Positions 54,762 through 64,000 are shown, counted from the stretch's first letter. The stretch is 64,000 nucleotides of DNA from Polyangium sp. 6x1 (GCF_029946515.1 NZ_JARZHH010000040.1:27904-91903); one strand, 5' to 3'. The notes: a model not told the origin generated them from the letters alone. Translations and numbers: made by a program.

Positions 54762-55607
54762 ATGGCGGGGCAGGACGGACGAGGCGGTGATCCCGACGGG
54801 CTCGGGCCCATGGCGGATCAATTCCAGGCGATCTTCGAGGAATTCTTTCGCAGCCCGACCGCGGGGTCGGGGCGGGAGCGGCGCGTGCCGATGCTCGTGT
54901 CGCTGGAGGAGGCCGCTTCCGGCGCGAGCAAGGTCCTCCATGCGGCGTACGAGGCGCGCTGCCCGACCTGCAACGGAAATGGCGCTCCGGTGGCCGGTCT
55001 GCCCGGCCGGCATTGCCCCGTCTGTTTGGGCAAACAGCGCGTCTCGCACGAACGAACGCTGACGGTGAAGGTGCCGGCGGGCATCGACGACGGGCAGATC
55101 CTGCGGCTCGCAGGGCAGGGGGACGAGGCGCCGCTCGGCGGGGGGCGGCCCGGAGACCTGATGATCGAGGTGATCGTGGCGCCGCACCCGCGCCTGCGAC
55201 GCGAGGGCGTGAATCTGTTCGTCGAGGTACGCATCGATCCGGAGATCGCGCGGCGCGGGGGGCGCGTGAAGGTGCCCGTCCTCGATGGAGAGCGCATGAT
55301 CCCGGTGCCCGCCGGGACGGTCACCGGGGCCTCGATGCGGCTCTCCGGGTTTGGCGCGGTGCGACTCGGCGCCGAGCCCCTGCCCATTCCTGCGGAGGTA
55401 ACGGCCGATCCATATCGTTCACGGAGCGTCGAAGGTCACCGTGGTGACCAGATTGTCACCTTCACCGTGGAGGCGTCGATCGCGGACGGGATGGAAGACC
55501 GGCTCGACACGCGTCGATCCGGGCGGATGCAGGGGCTCTGGAGGAGCGCGGCGCTCGGTGTGGCGCTGATCGCGGCGGTGATCGGGGCGCTCGTCCTCGG
55601 GCGCTAG
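54762..55607 (+). CDS. DnaJ C-terminal-domain protein lacking the J domain (Zn-finger CxxCxGxG + DnaJ_C), with a C-terminal TM anchor
   Basis: Zn-finger motifs CPTCNGNG and CPVCLGKQ. The DnaJ_C core is GRPGDLMIEVIVAPHPRLRREGVNLFVEVRIDPEIARRGGRVKVPVLDGERMIPVPAGTVTG. The terminal hydrophobic helix is SAALGVALIAAVIGALVLG. Confidence 0.65.
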   Translation: MAGQDGRGGDPDGLGPMADQFQAIFEEFFRSPTAGSGRERRVPMLVSLEEAASGASKVLHAAYEARCPTCNGNGAPVAGLPGRHCPVCLGKQRVSHERTLTVKVPAGIDDGQILRLAGQGDEAPLGGGRPGDLMIEVIVAPHPRLRREGVNLFVEVRIDPEIARRGGRVKVPVLDGERMIPVPAGTVTGASMRLSGFGAVRLGAEPLPIPAEVTADPYRSRSVEGHRGDQIVTFTVEASIADGMEDRLDTRRSGRMQGLWRSAALGVALIAAVIGALVLGR

Positions 55608-55820
55608 CGTCGCCCGGGGATCGAGGCCGCGCGCGCGCGGCGACGGTGGGGCACGGGAGGCGCCGCGGCGGGCCTGGAACGGCTTCCCTTCCGTTCGCGG
55701 AAGGGGTACAGGGGATGTGCGCCGCGCGACGGGCGGCCAATCCTTGTCCGAGATCACCCGAAACCTCGCTCGCGGCGCGTGCCTGCGGGATCACCACGAA
55801 GATTCTTGCGTGGAGGAATC

Positions 55821-58800
55821 ATGAAGCGCTCTGCTCGATATGCCACGGCTCTCCTCACGCTGCTCGCCGGATCCGCGGCGCGCGCGAATGACATGGAGCT
55901 GCCGAACTACCATGCCTACGACGACGCCCCGGCCGTTTCCGTGAGCCCGCTGCAGAGCCTGCACGGAGCGGGAGTCGGCGGCGTGACGGGCGTGGACGAG
56001 AAGCGCGGCGTGCCGACGTTCTTCTGGGCGCCGAAGGGCGGCTGGAAGGCGCCGGGGGCGATGACGGCGACGCCCGCGGCGTCGGCGCGGCTCTACCTCG
56101 AGCACTACGCGTATCTCTACGGCGTCGGCAAGAACGCGATCGACGCGGCTGTGCCCGCGGTGGTCAACGACGTGACGGGCGGGGGCATCATCGTGGTGTT
56201 CCGCCAGAACGTCGACGGGATCGAGGTCTTCCAGAACGACGTCAAGGTGCTGATGACGCAGAGCCGCGAGCTCGTGGCGATCGCCGGCAACCTGCACCCG
56301 TCGGCCACGTCGGGCATGAAGCGCGGCAAGAACTTCTCGCTGAACGCCGAGACGGCCGTCGCCCGCGCATTCAACGATTTCTTCGCGACGAAGGTGCCCG
56401 CGAGCGCGTTCAAGAACAAAAAGCAGCCCGAGCACGGTTATGACTTCTTCGACCTCGTCGGTACGCCCGAGACGGTGGCCATCGAGCTCACGCGGCCGGC
56501 GCGCATCAAGAAGGTCTATTTCCCGATGCCGGATCGGCTGGTGTCGGCGTATTACGTCGAAATCTGGGGCGGCCAGAAGGGCCTGCACAACGACGAGCTC
56601 TACGCCTACGTGATCGCCGCGGACGACGGGCGGCTCCTCATGCGCGCGGATCGGACGCACGAAGCGGAGTACACGTACCGCGTCTGGTCGGACGGCGCGC
56701 CGAAGTACACGCCGACCGAGGGCCCGATGGCGGACTACGCGCCGCATCCGACGGGCAACCCCGACGGATCTGCGCCGGGGTACATCGCGCCGGTCCTCAT
56801 CACGATCGACGGCTTCAATACGAACCCGGGAGGGGGGTTCGATCCGTGGCTGCCCGTGGGCGCGACGGAGACGTCGGGCAACAACGTCGACGCGTACGTC
56901 GATCACCAGGATCCGGACGGCCTGAGCGCGGGCGAATATCGCGCGGACGTGACGGCGCCGGGCGTCTTCGACCGCGTCTACGACACGGCGGCGAACCCCG
57001 ACGTGACGCAGGATCAGGTGAAGGCGGCGATCACGCAGCTCTTCTTCCTGAACAACTACCTGCACGATTACTGGTACGACTCGGGCTTCAACGAGGCCGC
57101 GGGCAACGCGCAGGTGAACAACTACGGCCGCGGCGGCCTCGGCAATGACGCGATCAAGGCCGAGGCGCAGGACGGCTACCACAACGCGACGCCGTCGCTC
57201 GACAACGCGAACATGAGCACGCCGTCCGACGGCACCCAGCCGCGGATGCAGATGTTCGTCTGGAGCGGCCCGCCGAACGCGAGCCTCACCGTGAACCCGG
57301 GCGGCGCGACCTATCCGACCGGCGTCGCGAGTTTCGGTCTGCAGACGTTCAACATCACGGCCGATGTCATGGCCGCGCTCGACAACTCCACGGAGACGAC
57401 GAACGCGACGCCGGGCACGTTCACCGACGCCTGCCAGGCGCTCGTCGGGAACTATACCGGGAAGATCGTGCTCGCCGACCGCGGCTCGTGCGATTTCAAC
57501 GTGAAGGCGGACAACGCCGAGAACGCGGGGGCCGTCGGCATCATCGTCGCGAACCACCTGACGCCCGGCCTGCCGCCGAGCCCGATGGGTGAATCGGATC
57601 CGCCCATTCCCGTCGCCATCGGCGCGCTCGGCGTGACGAAGGACGTGGGCGACGCGCTGAGGTTGGCGCTTCAGGTCGGGCCGGTCAGCGCGACCATGTT
57701 CCGCGGGGACAACATCAAGCGCGACGGCACGATCGACAACGGCGTCGCCGCGCACGAGTGGGGTCACTACATCCACAACCGCCTCGTCGCGGTGGGCTCG
57801 GTGCAGGCCCGCGGCATGGGCGAGGGCTGGGGCGATACCGTCGCGCTGCACATGCTCATTCGCGAGGGCGACAATCCGAACGGCGTGTACGCGACCGCGG
57901 TGTACGGCGGCGCGACGTTCGGCGACAGCGCGTATTTCGGGATCCGGCGTTATCCCTACACGACGGACTTCACGAAGAACGCGCTCACGTTCAAGCACAT
58001 CCAGAATGGTGAGGCGCTCCCGGTCGGCATTCCGTCGCAGCCGATCGCCGCCGATAACGCCGAGGTGCACAACACCGGCGAGATCTGGGCGACGATGGTG
58101 CTCGAGGGCTACGCGAAGATCCTCGAGGACGCCTATTCCGCGACGCCGCGGCACACGTTCGACCAGGCCAAACGCAAGATGGCCAATTACCTGACCGGCG
58201 GCATGCAGCTCGCCCCGGCGAACCCGACGTTCACCGAGCAGCGCGACGGCATCCTCGCCACGGCCATCGCCGCGAACGTGGACGACTTCCAGGACCTCGC
58301 GACCGGCTTCGCCCTTCGCGGCGCCGGCTCCTGCGCGGTCTCGCCCCCGCGCAACTCCACGACGAACGTGGGCGTGACCGAGAGCTTCGAGGCGGCGCCG
58401 CAGGCGGTGATCGTTTCGGCGAACATCGACGACAGCGTGCTGTCCTGCGACAACGACGGCGTTCTCGACAACAGCGAGATCGGTCTGGTCACCGTCGAGG
58501 TGCGCAACCAGGGCTGGGCCCCGCTCGTCGGCGGCACGGTCACGGTGAGCTCGACGAACCCGAACGTGTCGTTCCCGAACGGCGCGACCGCGGTGCTCCC
58601 GTCGACGAACATCCTCGCCTCGAATGTCACGACGTTGCAGATCGCCCTCGCGGACTCGGTCGCGGCGATCACGGATCTGCAGCTCAAGGTCGACGTCTCC
58701 GCGCCCGGATCCTGCGCGCCGACGGTCAGCTCGTCGAGCGTGCGCAAGGCCCATTTCGACAGCGTGCCGAACAGCGCGACGCAGGAGCTCTGGGAGAGCA

Positions 58801-60278
58801 ACATCGAGACGTGGACGGCGAAGAACGCGTCGGGCCCGAGCAACAAGTGGGCGCGGGTCCGGCCGCTCACGACGTCGTCGAACGTCGTCGGCCACGGCGA
58901 GGCGAACGCGGGCATCTCCGACGAGCGGTACGAGTCGCCCGACTTCGTGGCGGGCAATGGCAACGTGACGATGTCGCTCGTGCACCGCTATCAGTTCGAG
59001 CGGAGCGGCACGCCGGCCGTGAACTGGGACGGCGGCATCATCGAGCTGAGCCAGGACGGCGGTCAGACCTGGGTCAACATCAATACGTTCGCGAACCTCG
59101 GCGCGAATTACAACGGCACGATCGGCACCGCGACCGCCGGCAATCCGCTCCTCGGCCAGAAGGGCTTCACCGGGCAGAGCGCGAACTTCACGAGCGGCAC
59201 GAACATCACGACGAGCATCAACCTCGGCACCCAGTTCGCCGGCAAGACCTTCAAGATCCGCTTCCGCATCGGCACGGACGAGGCGGTCGGCACCGAGGGG
59301 TGGTTCGTCGAAAGCCTGTCCGTCACGGGCCTCGCGAACATGCCGTTCTCGAGCATCGTGTCGGATCAGGGGACCTGCGACGAGCAGAACCTGCCGCCGG
59401 TCGCGAACGCCGGTCCGGATCAGGTCGTGACGAGCGGCGATACCGTGAATCTCACGGGGCTCGGGAGCTCGGATCCCGATAACGATCCGCTGACGTACGC
59501 GTGGACGCAGCAGGTCGGTCCGGGCGTGTCGCTGAACGGGGCGAGCAGCGGGAATCCGGACTTCGTCGCGCCGAACGTCGCGATGGATACGCTCCTCACG
59601 TTCCAGCTGGCCGTGAATGACGGTCAGGCCTCGGCGACGGACACGGTCGACGTGCTCGTGCAGCCGCCGGCCGGGACGAGCAGCTCGAGCTCGAGCGGCA
59701 CCGGCGGAATGGGCGGCGCCGGTGGCGCCGGCGGTATGGGCGGCACCGGCGGTATGGGCGGCACCGGCGGTATGGGCGGCACCGGCGGTATGGGCGGCGC
59801 TGGCGGTATGGGCGGCGCCGGTGGTGCCGGCGGTATGGGCGGCACCGGTGGTATGGGTGGCGCCGGTGGTGCCGGCGGTATGGGCGGCACCGGTGGAATG
59901 GGTGGCGCCGGTGGTATGGGCGGCACCGGTGGTATGGGCGGCGCCGGTGGTGCCGGCGGTATGGGCGGCACCGGTGGTATGGGTGGCGCCGGTGGTATGG
60001 GCGGCGCCGGTGGTACCGGTGGCATGGGCGGCGAGGGTGGTGCCGGTGGCGCGGGTGGCGTCGGCGGCGGCATCAGCGCCGGTGGAATGGGCGGCGAGGG
60101 TGGTGCCGGCGGCGCGGGCGGCAGCGGCGGCGACGACGAGCCGGTCGTCGTCGGCGGTTGCGGTTGCTCCGTGCCGGGCGACGAGGCGCCGGCGCGCGGC
60201 GTGGGCGCCGTGGGCGGCTTCCTCGCAATGGTGGGCGCGTTCCTCGCCAAGCGCCGCCGCAGCAGCAAGCGGTCCTGA
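55821..60278 (+). CDS. Secreted M36 (fungalysin-type) metallopeptidase with PA-domain insert, PKD domain, long Gly-rich heptad repeat and a MYXO-CTERM sorting tag (1485 aa)
   Basis: GGAGGA before ATG 55821, signal MKRSARYATALLTLLAGSAARA. The zinc motif is HEWGHYIHNRL plus EGWGD (fungalysin HExxH...EGWSD). The PA-like insert is GKIVLADRGSCDFNVKADNAENAGAVGIIVANH. The PKD-like segment is VTSGDTVNLTGLGSSDPDNDPLTYAWTQ. About 60 copies of GGMGG(A/T)GG follow. The C-terminus GGCGCSVPG...FLAMVGAFLAKRRRSSKRS is a MYXO-CTERM. Confidence 0.85.
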   Translation: MKRSARYATALLTLLAGSAARANDMELPNYHAYDDAPAVSVSPLQSLHGAGVGGVTGVDEKRGVPTFFWAPKGGWKAPGAMTATPAASARLYLEHYAYLYGVGKNAIDAAVPAVVNDVTGGGIIVVFRQNVDGIEVFQNDVKVLMTQSRELVAIAGNLHPSATSGMKRGKNFSLNAETAVARAFNDFFATKVPASAFKNKKQPEHGYDFFDLVGTPETVAIELTRPARIKKVYFPMPDRLVSAYYVEIWGGQKGLHNDELYAYVIAADDGRLLMRADRTHEAEYTYRVWSDGAPKYTPTEGPMADYAPHPTGNPDGSAPGYIAPVLITIDGFNTNPGGGFDPWLPVGATETSGNNVDAYVDHQDPDGLSAGEYRADVTAPGVFDRVYDTAANPDVTQDQVKAAITQLFFLNNYLHDYWYDSGFNEAAGNAQVNNYGRGGLGNDAIKAEAQDGYHNATPSLDNANMSTPSDGTQPRMQMFVWSGPPNASLTVNPGGATYPTGVASFGLQTFNITADVMAALDNSTETTNATPGTFTDACQALVGNYTGKIVLADRGSCDFNVKADNAENAGAVGIIVANHLTPGLPPSPMGESDPPIPVAIGALGVTKDVGDALRLALQVGPVSATMFRGDNIKRDGTIDNGVAAHEWGHYIHNRLVAVGSVQARGMGEGWGDTVALHMLIREGDNPNGVYATAVYGGATFGDSAYFGIRRYPYTTDFTKNALTFKHIQNGEALPVGIPSQPIAADNAEVHNTGEIWATMVLEGYAKILEDAYSATPRHTFDQAKRKMANYLTGGMQLAPANPTFTEQRDGILATAIAANVDDFQDLATGFALRGAGSCAVSPPRNSTTNVGVTESFEAAPQAVIVSANIDDSVLSCDNDGVLDNSEIGLVTVEVRNQGWAPLVGGTVTVSSTNPNVSFPNGATAVLPSTNILASNVTTLQIALADSVAAITDLQLKVDVSAPGSCAPTVSSSSVRKAHFDSVPNSATQELWESNIETWTAKNASGPSNKWARVRPLTTSSNVVGHGEANAGISDERYESPDFVAGNGNVTMSLVHRYQFERSGTPAVNWDGGIIELSQDGGQTWVNINTFANLGANYNGTIGTATAGNPLLGQKGFTGQSANFTSGTNITTSINLGTQFAGKTFKIRFRIGTDEAVGTEGWFVESLSVTGLANMPFSSIVSDQGTCDEQNLPPVANAGPDQVVTSGDTVNLTGLGSSDPDNDPLTYAWTQQVGPGVSLNGASSGNPDFVAPNVAMDTLLTFQLAVNDGQASATDTVDVLVQPPAGTSSSSSSGTGGMGGAGGAGGMGGTGGMGGTGGMGGTGGMGGAGGMGGAGGAGGMGGTGGMGGAGGAGGMGGTGGMGGAGGMGGTGGMGGAGGAGGMGGTGGMGGAGGMGGAGGTGGMGGEGGAGGAGGVGGGISAGGMGGEGGAGGAGGSGGDDEPVVVGGCGCSVPGDEAPARGVGAVGGFLAMVGAFLAKRRRSSKRS
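59695..60135 (+). repeat. Coding tandem repeat (~21/24-bp units) encoding GGMGG(A/T)GG x~60 in the M36 protease
   Basis: Units such as GGCGGCACCGGCGGTATGGGC repeat with minor variants. The antisense ORF 59624-60307 (PPAPPIPP...) is its mirror artefact. Confidence 0.8.
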
Positions 60279-60390
60279 AAGGGCCGAACCGGCGAGGCGC
60301 GAGCCATCGCGCCCCGCCGAGCCCGCCCGCGTCGTCCTCGCGACGGCGCGGGCGGCGCCTTTTTGTGGCGGCCGCGGGCTCAGCGTCGCG

Positions 60391-62040
60391 TCAATGCGCG
60401 GCCGGGTGGCGCGCCACGACCTCGAGCGCGCCCTCGAACGGCGCGGGCTGGGCCGCGAGGGCGCGGACGAGGTCGTTCATCGAGGGCAGGTCGTCGGCGA
60501 CGAAGACGAATCGATACACGCCGGGGCTCTTCTGCGTCGAATACACGAACGCGCGCGCGCGCCGGGCCTCGGCGGTGATCGCGGCGACGGCGGCGGCGCC
60601 GATGGGCTCTTCGAAGCGGGCGAGGTCGGCGACCTCGGCGTGTGTCACGAAAAACGCGCCGCCCCAGTGCGGGCGCGAGGCGAAGAGATTCGGGGTCTCG
60701 GGGGCGCGCATGGCGTCGGAGGCGGTGGCGCCGCCGAGCGAGGAGGCCATGGCGGCGCCGTCGAGGGCGTGGAAGGCCGGCCAGAGCCCGGGCGCGACGA
60801 CGGCGACGAGGGGGCGGGCGTGGGCCAGGGGCGGCAGGCCCTCCGGGAAGGCTTTGCGGACGGCGGCGAGGAAGCCGGGGGCGAAGCCGGGGTCGTGCAG
60901 GCCCTTTCCCTCGGCGAGGCGCGCCTCGAGGAAGGGCAGCGCGGCCTTGGCGACGCGGTCGATGGTGGGCTCGGCATAAAGGCCCATCGGCGCTTCGAGC
61001 TTTCGGGACAAACCCGGCGGATCGAGCCGCTGCATGGCCTTGGCGGTGCCGAGCGCGGTGGCGAGGGCCTCGTCGAGCACGGCATACGAGGCCGGGGCGA
61101 GGGGGTCGTTCGTCTCGACGAACGCGCGGGAGAGGGCGGCGAGGCGCTCGTCGGTCGCGGCGGCGTGCAGGTGGTGCAGCATTTCGTGGACGACGACGGG
61201 GGCGCGGGCCTCGGGCGTCTCGCCGGCGGGCATTTCGATGACGGCGTGGCCGCCGATCTGGCGGGCGGCGTCGACGGAGCGGTGGGCCGGGCGGGCCATG
61301 AGGTGGAAATGGAGCGGGGCGCCGTCGGGGAGGTCGGCCTGGTAAAACCCGACGAGCGCCTCGACGTGGCTCGTGAGGCCCTCGCGCTGGAAGAGGTCGG
61401 CGAGCTTCTCGGCGGACGCCTCGCAATGGGCGCGGCCCTCGCGCTCCCAGTATCGATCGAATCGAGGGCGGAAATGGTCGACGAGGGCCTGGGCGCGCTG
61501 CGCGTCGGCGGGCGTGGTGACGAGGCCGAGGAAACGGACGTGCTCGTCGGGGGTGCGGGCGACGAGGCCGGCGATCGCGAGGCGTGCGGCGACGGTGCGA
61601 TCGGCGTGGGGCAAAGGGAGGGGGGCGACGGGGGCGGGGCGGCGGAGCTCGATGCGGCCGTTCCAGGATTCGCGGATCTCGCGGAAGGCTTCGAGGGCGC
61701 GGCGATCCTCGTCGTCCCAGCCGAGATCGTTCTGCCAGAGGGCCTCGTAGGCGGCGCGGGAGCAAGGGTGGCGGCCGGCCATGCAATCGAGCTGGTAGAC
61801 GAGATTCGGGAGTGGATCGGCGTGGAAGACGAGGCGGAGCTTCTCGCCGCGGGCCTCGCGCTCGAACGAGGGGCCTTGTGTTGGCGCGGGCTTCACGGCG
61901 TCCGCGGCGCGGTCGGGCGGGGCGGGCGCGGCGGCTGCGTGCCGATCGGCCTTCGGCGCGGGAGAACATGCGGCGAGGCCGAGGAGCGCGAGGCGGACGA
62001 GGGAGCTCTGCGCGAATCGAGGGGCCGGGGGGGAGGCCAT
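60391..62040 (-). CDS. Hypothetical lipoprotein with HExxH-like motif (possible metallohydrolase)
   Basis: Lipobox LALLGLAAC right after the start. HEMLHHLH is at about residue 300. Composition is balanced, unlike the overlapping R/P-rich alternative-frame ORFs. Confidence 0.5.
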   Translation of the reverse strand: MASPPAPRFAQSSLVRLALLGLAACSPAPKADRHAAAAPAPPDRAADAVKPAPTQGPSFEREARGEKLRLVFHADPLPNLVYQLDCMAGRHPCSRAAYEALWQNDLGWDDEDRRALEAFREIRESWNGRIELRRPAPVAPLPLPHADRTVAARLAIAGLVARTPDEHVRFLGLVTTPADAQRAQALVDHFRPRFDRYWEREGRAHCEASAEKLADLFQREGLTSHVEALVGFYQADLPDGAPLHFHLMARPAHRSVDAARQIGGHAVIEMPAGETPEARAPVVVHEMLHHLHAAATDERLAALSRAFVETNDPLAPASYAVLDEALATALGTAKAMQRLDPPGLSRKLEAPMGLYAEPTIDRVAKAALPFLEARLAEGKGLHDPGFAPGFLAAVRKAFPEGLPPLAHARPLVAVVAPGLWPAFHALDGAAMASSLGGATASDAMRAPETPNLFASRPHWGGAFFVTHAEVADLARFEEPIGAAAVAAITAEARRARAFVYSTQKSPGVYRFVFVADDLPSMNDLVRALAAQPAPFEGALEVVARHPAAH

Positions 62041-62206
62041 GTGCCGTGAGCGTGGATCGAATCGAGCAGCCGCGCTCGCGCCGTGGAGCGGCTTTTGCGT
62101 GTGGAAATAGGGAATGGATCACCTTGTTACCATGATGTCGCGAAAATGGTGTTCGCGGGATTCGATCTTTCCGTGGTAGGGTGATCTCTGAAAGGGGATC
62201 CTTGCC

Positions 62207-63679
62207 ATGATCAAGATTCGATCTTTTCTTCCCGTCGCGCTCGTTGTGGGGGTGGCGACGCTCTCGGCGGCATGCACGGACGAGGGAGAGAACGGGGCCG
62301 GCGGAAACGCGGGAGCGGGCGCGACCGGCGGGATGGGCAGCACCGGGGGAATGGGTGGCACGGGCGGAATGGGCGGCGCCGGTGGAATGGGCGGCGCCGG
62401 TGGAATGGGCGGCGCGGGCGGCATGGGCGGGGCCGGCGGCATGGGCGGGGCCGGGGGCGCGGGCGGCTCGATGGCGGCGCCCGATCTGGATACGAGTCTG
62501 GTGTGGTACGGGCAGAACCGCGAAACGCTCGACAAGATGATCGACGAGGTCGGGGTGAACGGCGCGTCCTACGATCCCACGCAGAAGCCCGTCGCGATCT
62601 TCGATTGGGACAACACGGTCATCAAGAACGACGTGGGGGATCTCGTGTTCTTCTGGCTCGTGAAGAACGACAAGATCATGCAGCCGCCGAACAAGGATTG
62701 GCGCACGACGAGCCGTTTCTTGACGAATGAAGCGCAAAACGCGCTGAACAAGGCGTGCGGATCGCTGGTCGCGGCGGGAATGCCGCTGCCGACGAGCACG
62801 AACGCGGAATGCGCCGACGAGATTCTCGCGGTGTACACGACGGGCAAGACCGTGGACACGAAGGCGGCGTTCGAGGCCTGGAACTATCGCACGATGGAGC
62901 CCGCGTACGCCTGGGCCGCGCAGGTGCAGGCGGGATACACGCCGGCCGAGATGAAGGGATTCGCGAATACGGCGATCGAGGAGGGCCTCGCCGCGGCGGA
63001 GGGGTCGAAGCAGACGATCGGGACGACGTCGGTGAATGCCTACGTGCGAATCTACGATCAGATCAAGGACCTCATCGACGTGATGCAGAAGAACGGGCTC
63101 GACGTGTGGGTGCTGTCGGCGTCGCCGCAGCCGAACGTGGAGGCGTTCGCGGAGCGGGTGGCCGTGGCCGCGGATCACGTGATTGCGATCCGGAACCTGC
63201 TCGACGGGGGAGGGAAGCTCACGTACGACTTCGAGGGGTGCGGGTCGGTCGCGGATGGCTCGGGGAACGGCGGCAGCCCGATGGGCAATACGATGATCAC
63301 GTACATCGAGGGCAAACGCTGCTGGATGAACAAGGTGATCTACGGGGTGACCGGCCCCGAGGCCGAGAAGCCGAACGTGGACATGAAGAAGCGCCCGGTG
63401 TTCGGCGCGGGCGATTCGGATACGGACATCTCGTTCCTGCAGGACGCGACGGTGCTGAAGCTCGCGATCAACCGCAACAAGAACGAGCTCATGTGCAACG
63501 CGTACGCGAACTACATGGACAAGTGGATCGTGAATCCGATGTTCATCCTGCCAAACCCGCAAAAGGCGGCGCCGTACCCGTGTTCGACGACGGGCTGCAA
63601 GGACGCGGCGGGCGTCGGGATGGCGTGCTCGAACGAGGCGGGGGAGGCGATCCCGGATCAGATGGATACGGTGTTCTGA
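62207..63679 (+). CDS. HAD-superfamily phosphatase (HAD-IB/phosphoserine-phosphatase-like) lipoprotein with GGMGG-repeat linker
   Basis: Lipobox VATLSAAC, then the (GGMGG[AT]) x~9 linker. HAD motif I is IFDWDNTV and motif IV is GAGDSDTD. An AT-rich promoter-like region lies upstream at 62100-62200. Confidence 0.75.
   Translation: MIKIRSFLPVALVVGVATLSAACTDEGENGAGGNAGAGATGGMGSTGGMGGTGGMGGAGGMGGAGGMGGAGGMGGAGGMGGAGGAGGSMAAPDLDTSLVWYGQNRETLDKMIDEVGVNGASYDPTQKPVAIFDWDNTVIKNDVGDLVFFWLVKNDKIMQPPNKDWRTTSRFLTNEAQNALNKACGSLVAAGMPLPTSTNAECADEILAVYTTGKTVDTKAAFEAWNYRTMEPAYAWAAQVQAGYTPAEMKGFANTAIEEGLAAAEGSKQTIGTTSVNAYVRIYDQIKDLIDVMQKNGLDVWVLSASPQPNVEAFAERVAVAADHVIAIRNLLDGGGKLTYDFEGCGSVADGSGNGGSPMGNTMITYIEGKRCWMNKVIYGVTGPEAEKPNVDMKKRPVFGAGDSDTDISFLQDATVLKLAINRNKNELMCNAYANYMDKWIVNPMFILPNPQKAAPYPCSTTGCKDAAGVGMACSNEAGEAIPDQMDTVF
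62321..62470 (+). repeat. Coding tandem repeat encoding GGMGG(A/T) x~9 in the HAD lipoprotein linker
   Basis: Units ACCGGGGGAATGGGTGGC / GCCGGTGGAATGGGCGGC. This is the same peptide repeat type as in the M36 protease. Confidence 0.7.
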
Positions 63680-63728
63680 TCACGCGTCGGCCGAGGGGAG
63701 GGCTCCGCGCGGGGCCCTCCCCGGGCGT

Positions 63729-64000
63729 TCAAGGGTTCCGCACGCAACGAAAGCCGAGCCCGGGGACCTCGTAGGTGTGAATGGCGGCGCCACGAAACGC
63801 CGTCTGGATGCCGAGGTTCGATCGATTCCAGCCGCCCCCGCGCACGACGTGCACGAGCACGCCGGGCTTTTGCACGTGGGGATCCGTGACAGGGCCTTCG
63901 CCATATTTGGCGTAGGTGTCGTCGCACCACTCCCAGACATTGCCCGCGAGGTCGTGGAGCGTGCCGGTGGGCCAGGGGCGGTCGCCCTTCGGATGTGAAC
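63729..64000 (-). CDS. Formylglycine-generating-enzyme (FGE/SUMF1/EgtB/PvdO) family protein, C-terminal fragment (5' end outside window)
   Basis: The minus-strand translation PKGDRPWPTGTLHDLAGNVWEWCDDTYAKYG...HVVRGGGWNRS...FRCVRNP matches the FGE-sulfatase domain signature GNVWEW...RGGSW. The stop is at 63729-63731. Confidence 0.6.
   Translation of the reverse strand, partial: SHPKGDRPWPTGTLHDLAGNVWEWCDDTYAKYGEGPVTDPHVQKPGVLVHVVRGGGWNRSNLGIQTAFRGAAIHTYEVPGLGFRCVRNP

Noticed and set aside
59624-60307. 227-aa minus-strand ORF encoding PPAPPIPP repeats
   Set aside because: It is the mirror image of the Gly-rich GGMGG coding repeat inside the M36 protease gene. The same applies to 62119-62535 within the HAD gene.
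62130-62200. tRNA-like T-loop-ish sequence (GCGGGATTCGATC) in the HAD promoter region
   Set aside because: There is no acceptor-stem or anticodon-arm complementarity. It is probably just an AT-rich promoter.
60380-63562. 1060-aa minus-strand ORF
   Set aside because: The translation is extreme in Arg/Pro (RRRPR...). It overlaps the well-supported HAD phosphatase (plus) and, in another frame, the lipoprotein 60391-62040.

Overview
This is a high-GC (about 70%) bacterial chromosomal segment, most likely from a myxobacterium (order Myxococcales). The evidence is four eukaryotic-like Ser/Thr kinases, three of them with a kinase + degenerate cyclase-homology + AAA(STAND) ATPase + TPR architecture, a MYXO-CTERM sorting tag on a secreted M36 protease, abundant lipobox lipoproteins, and Gly-rich GGMGG linkers. 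I call about 46 protein-coding genes. No rRNA, tRNA, CRISPR array, transposase or integrase could be supported.

Housekeeping and accessory genes include Lon protease, beta-carbonic anhydrase, an MFS transporter, an isochorismatase, a CrtI-like FAD oxidoreductase, PhoD alkaline phosphatase, an OmpA-domain lipoprotein, a class-C beta-lactamase::DUF1343 fusion, a Uma2 endonuclease, a HAD phosphatase, a TetR regulator and an M23 peptidase.

The most striking content is a minus-strand gene string at 28077-35202:
- a MutS-domain-V ATPase with a novel N-terminal region;
- a full-length homologue of the eukaryotic major vault protein (MVP), with repeat domains, SPFH-like shoulder and cap-helix coiled coil;
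- a secreted beta-rich protein;
- three tandem STAS/SpoIIAA-like paralogs, two of which overlap by ATGA.
This looks like an uncharacterised bacterial vault-like system.

Second, three tandem paralogous Cys-rich lipoproteins (18831-21696) sit between two giant STK-AAA-TPR kinases. They carry variable pentapeptide-like N-x-L-x-x repeats, including a perfect 5x15-bp tandem DNA repeat. A fourth copy, 17 kb away at 745-1670, is frameshifted at a G6 homopolymer.

Several perfect palindromes in intergenic DNA are candidate operators or terminators, including a TetR-proximal inverted repeat and AT-rich inverted repeats that stand out in this GC-rich background. Long antisense ORFs over real genes are GC-bias artefacts and are rejected.
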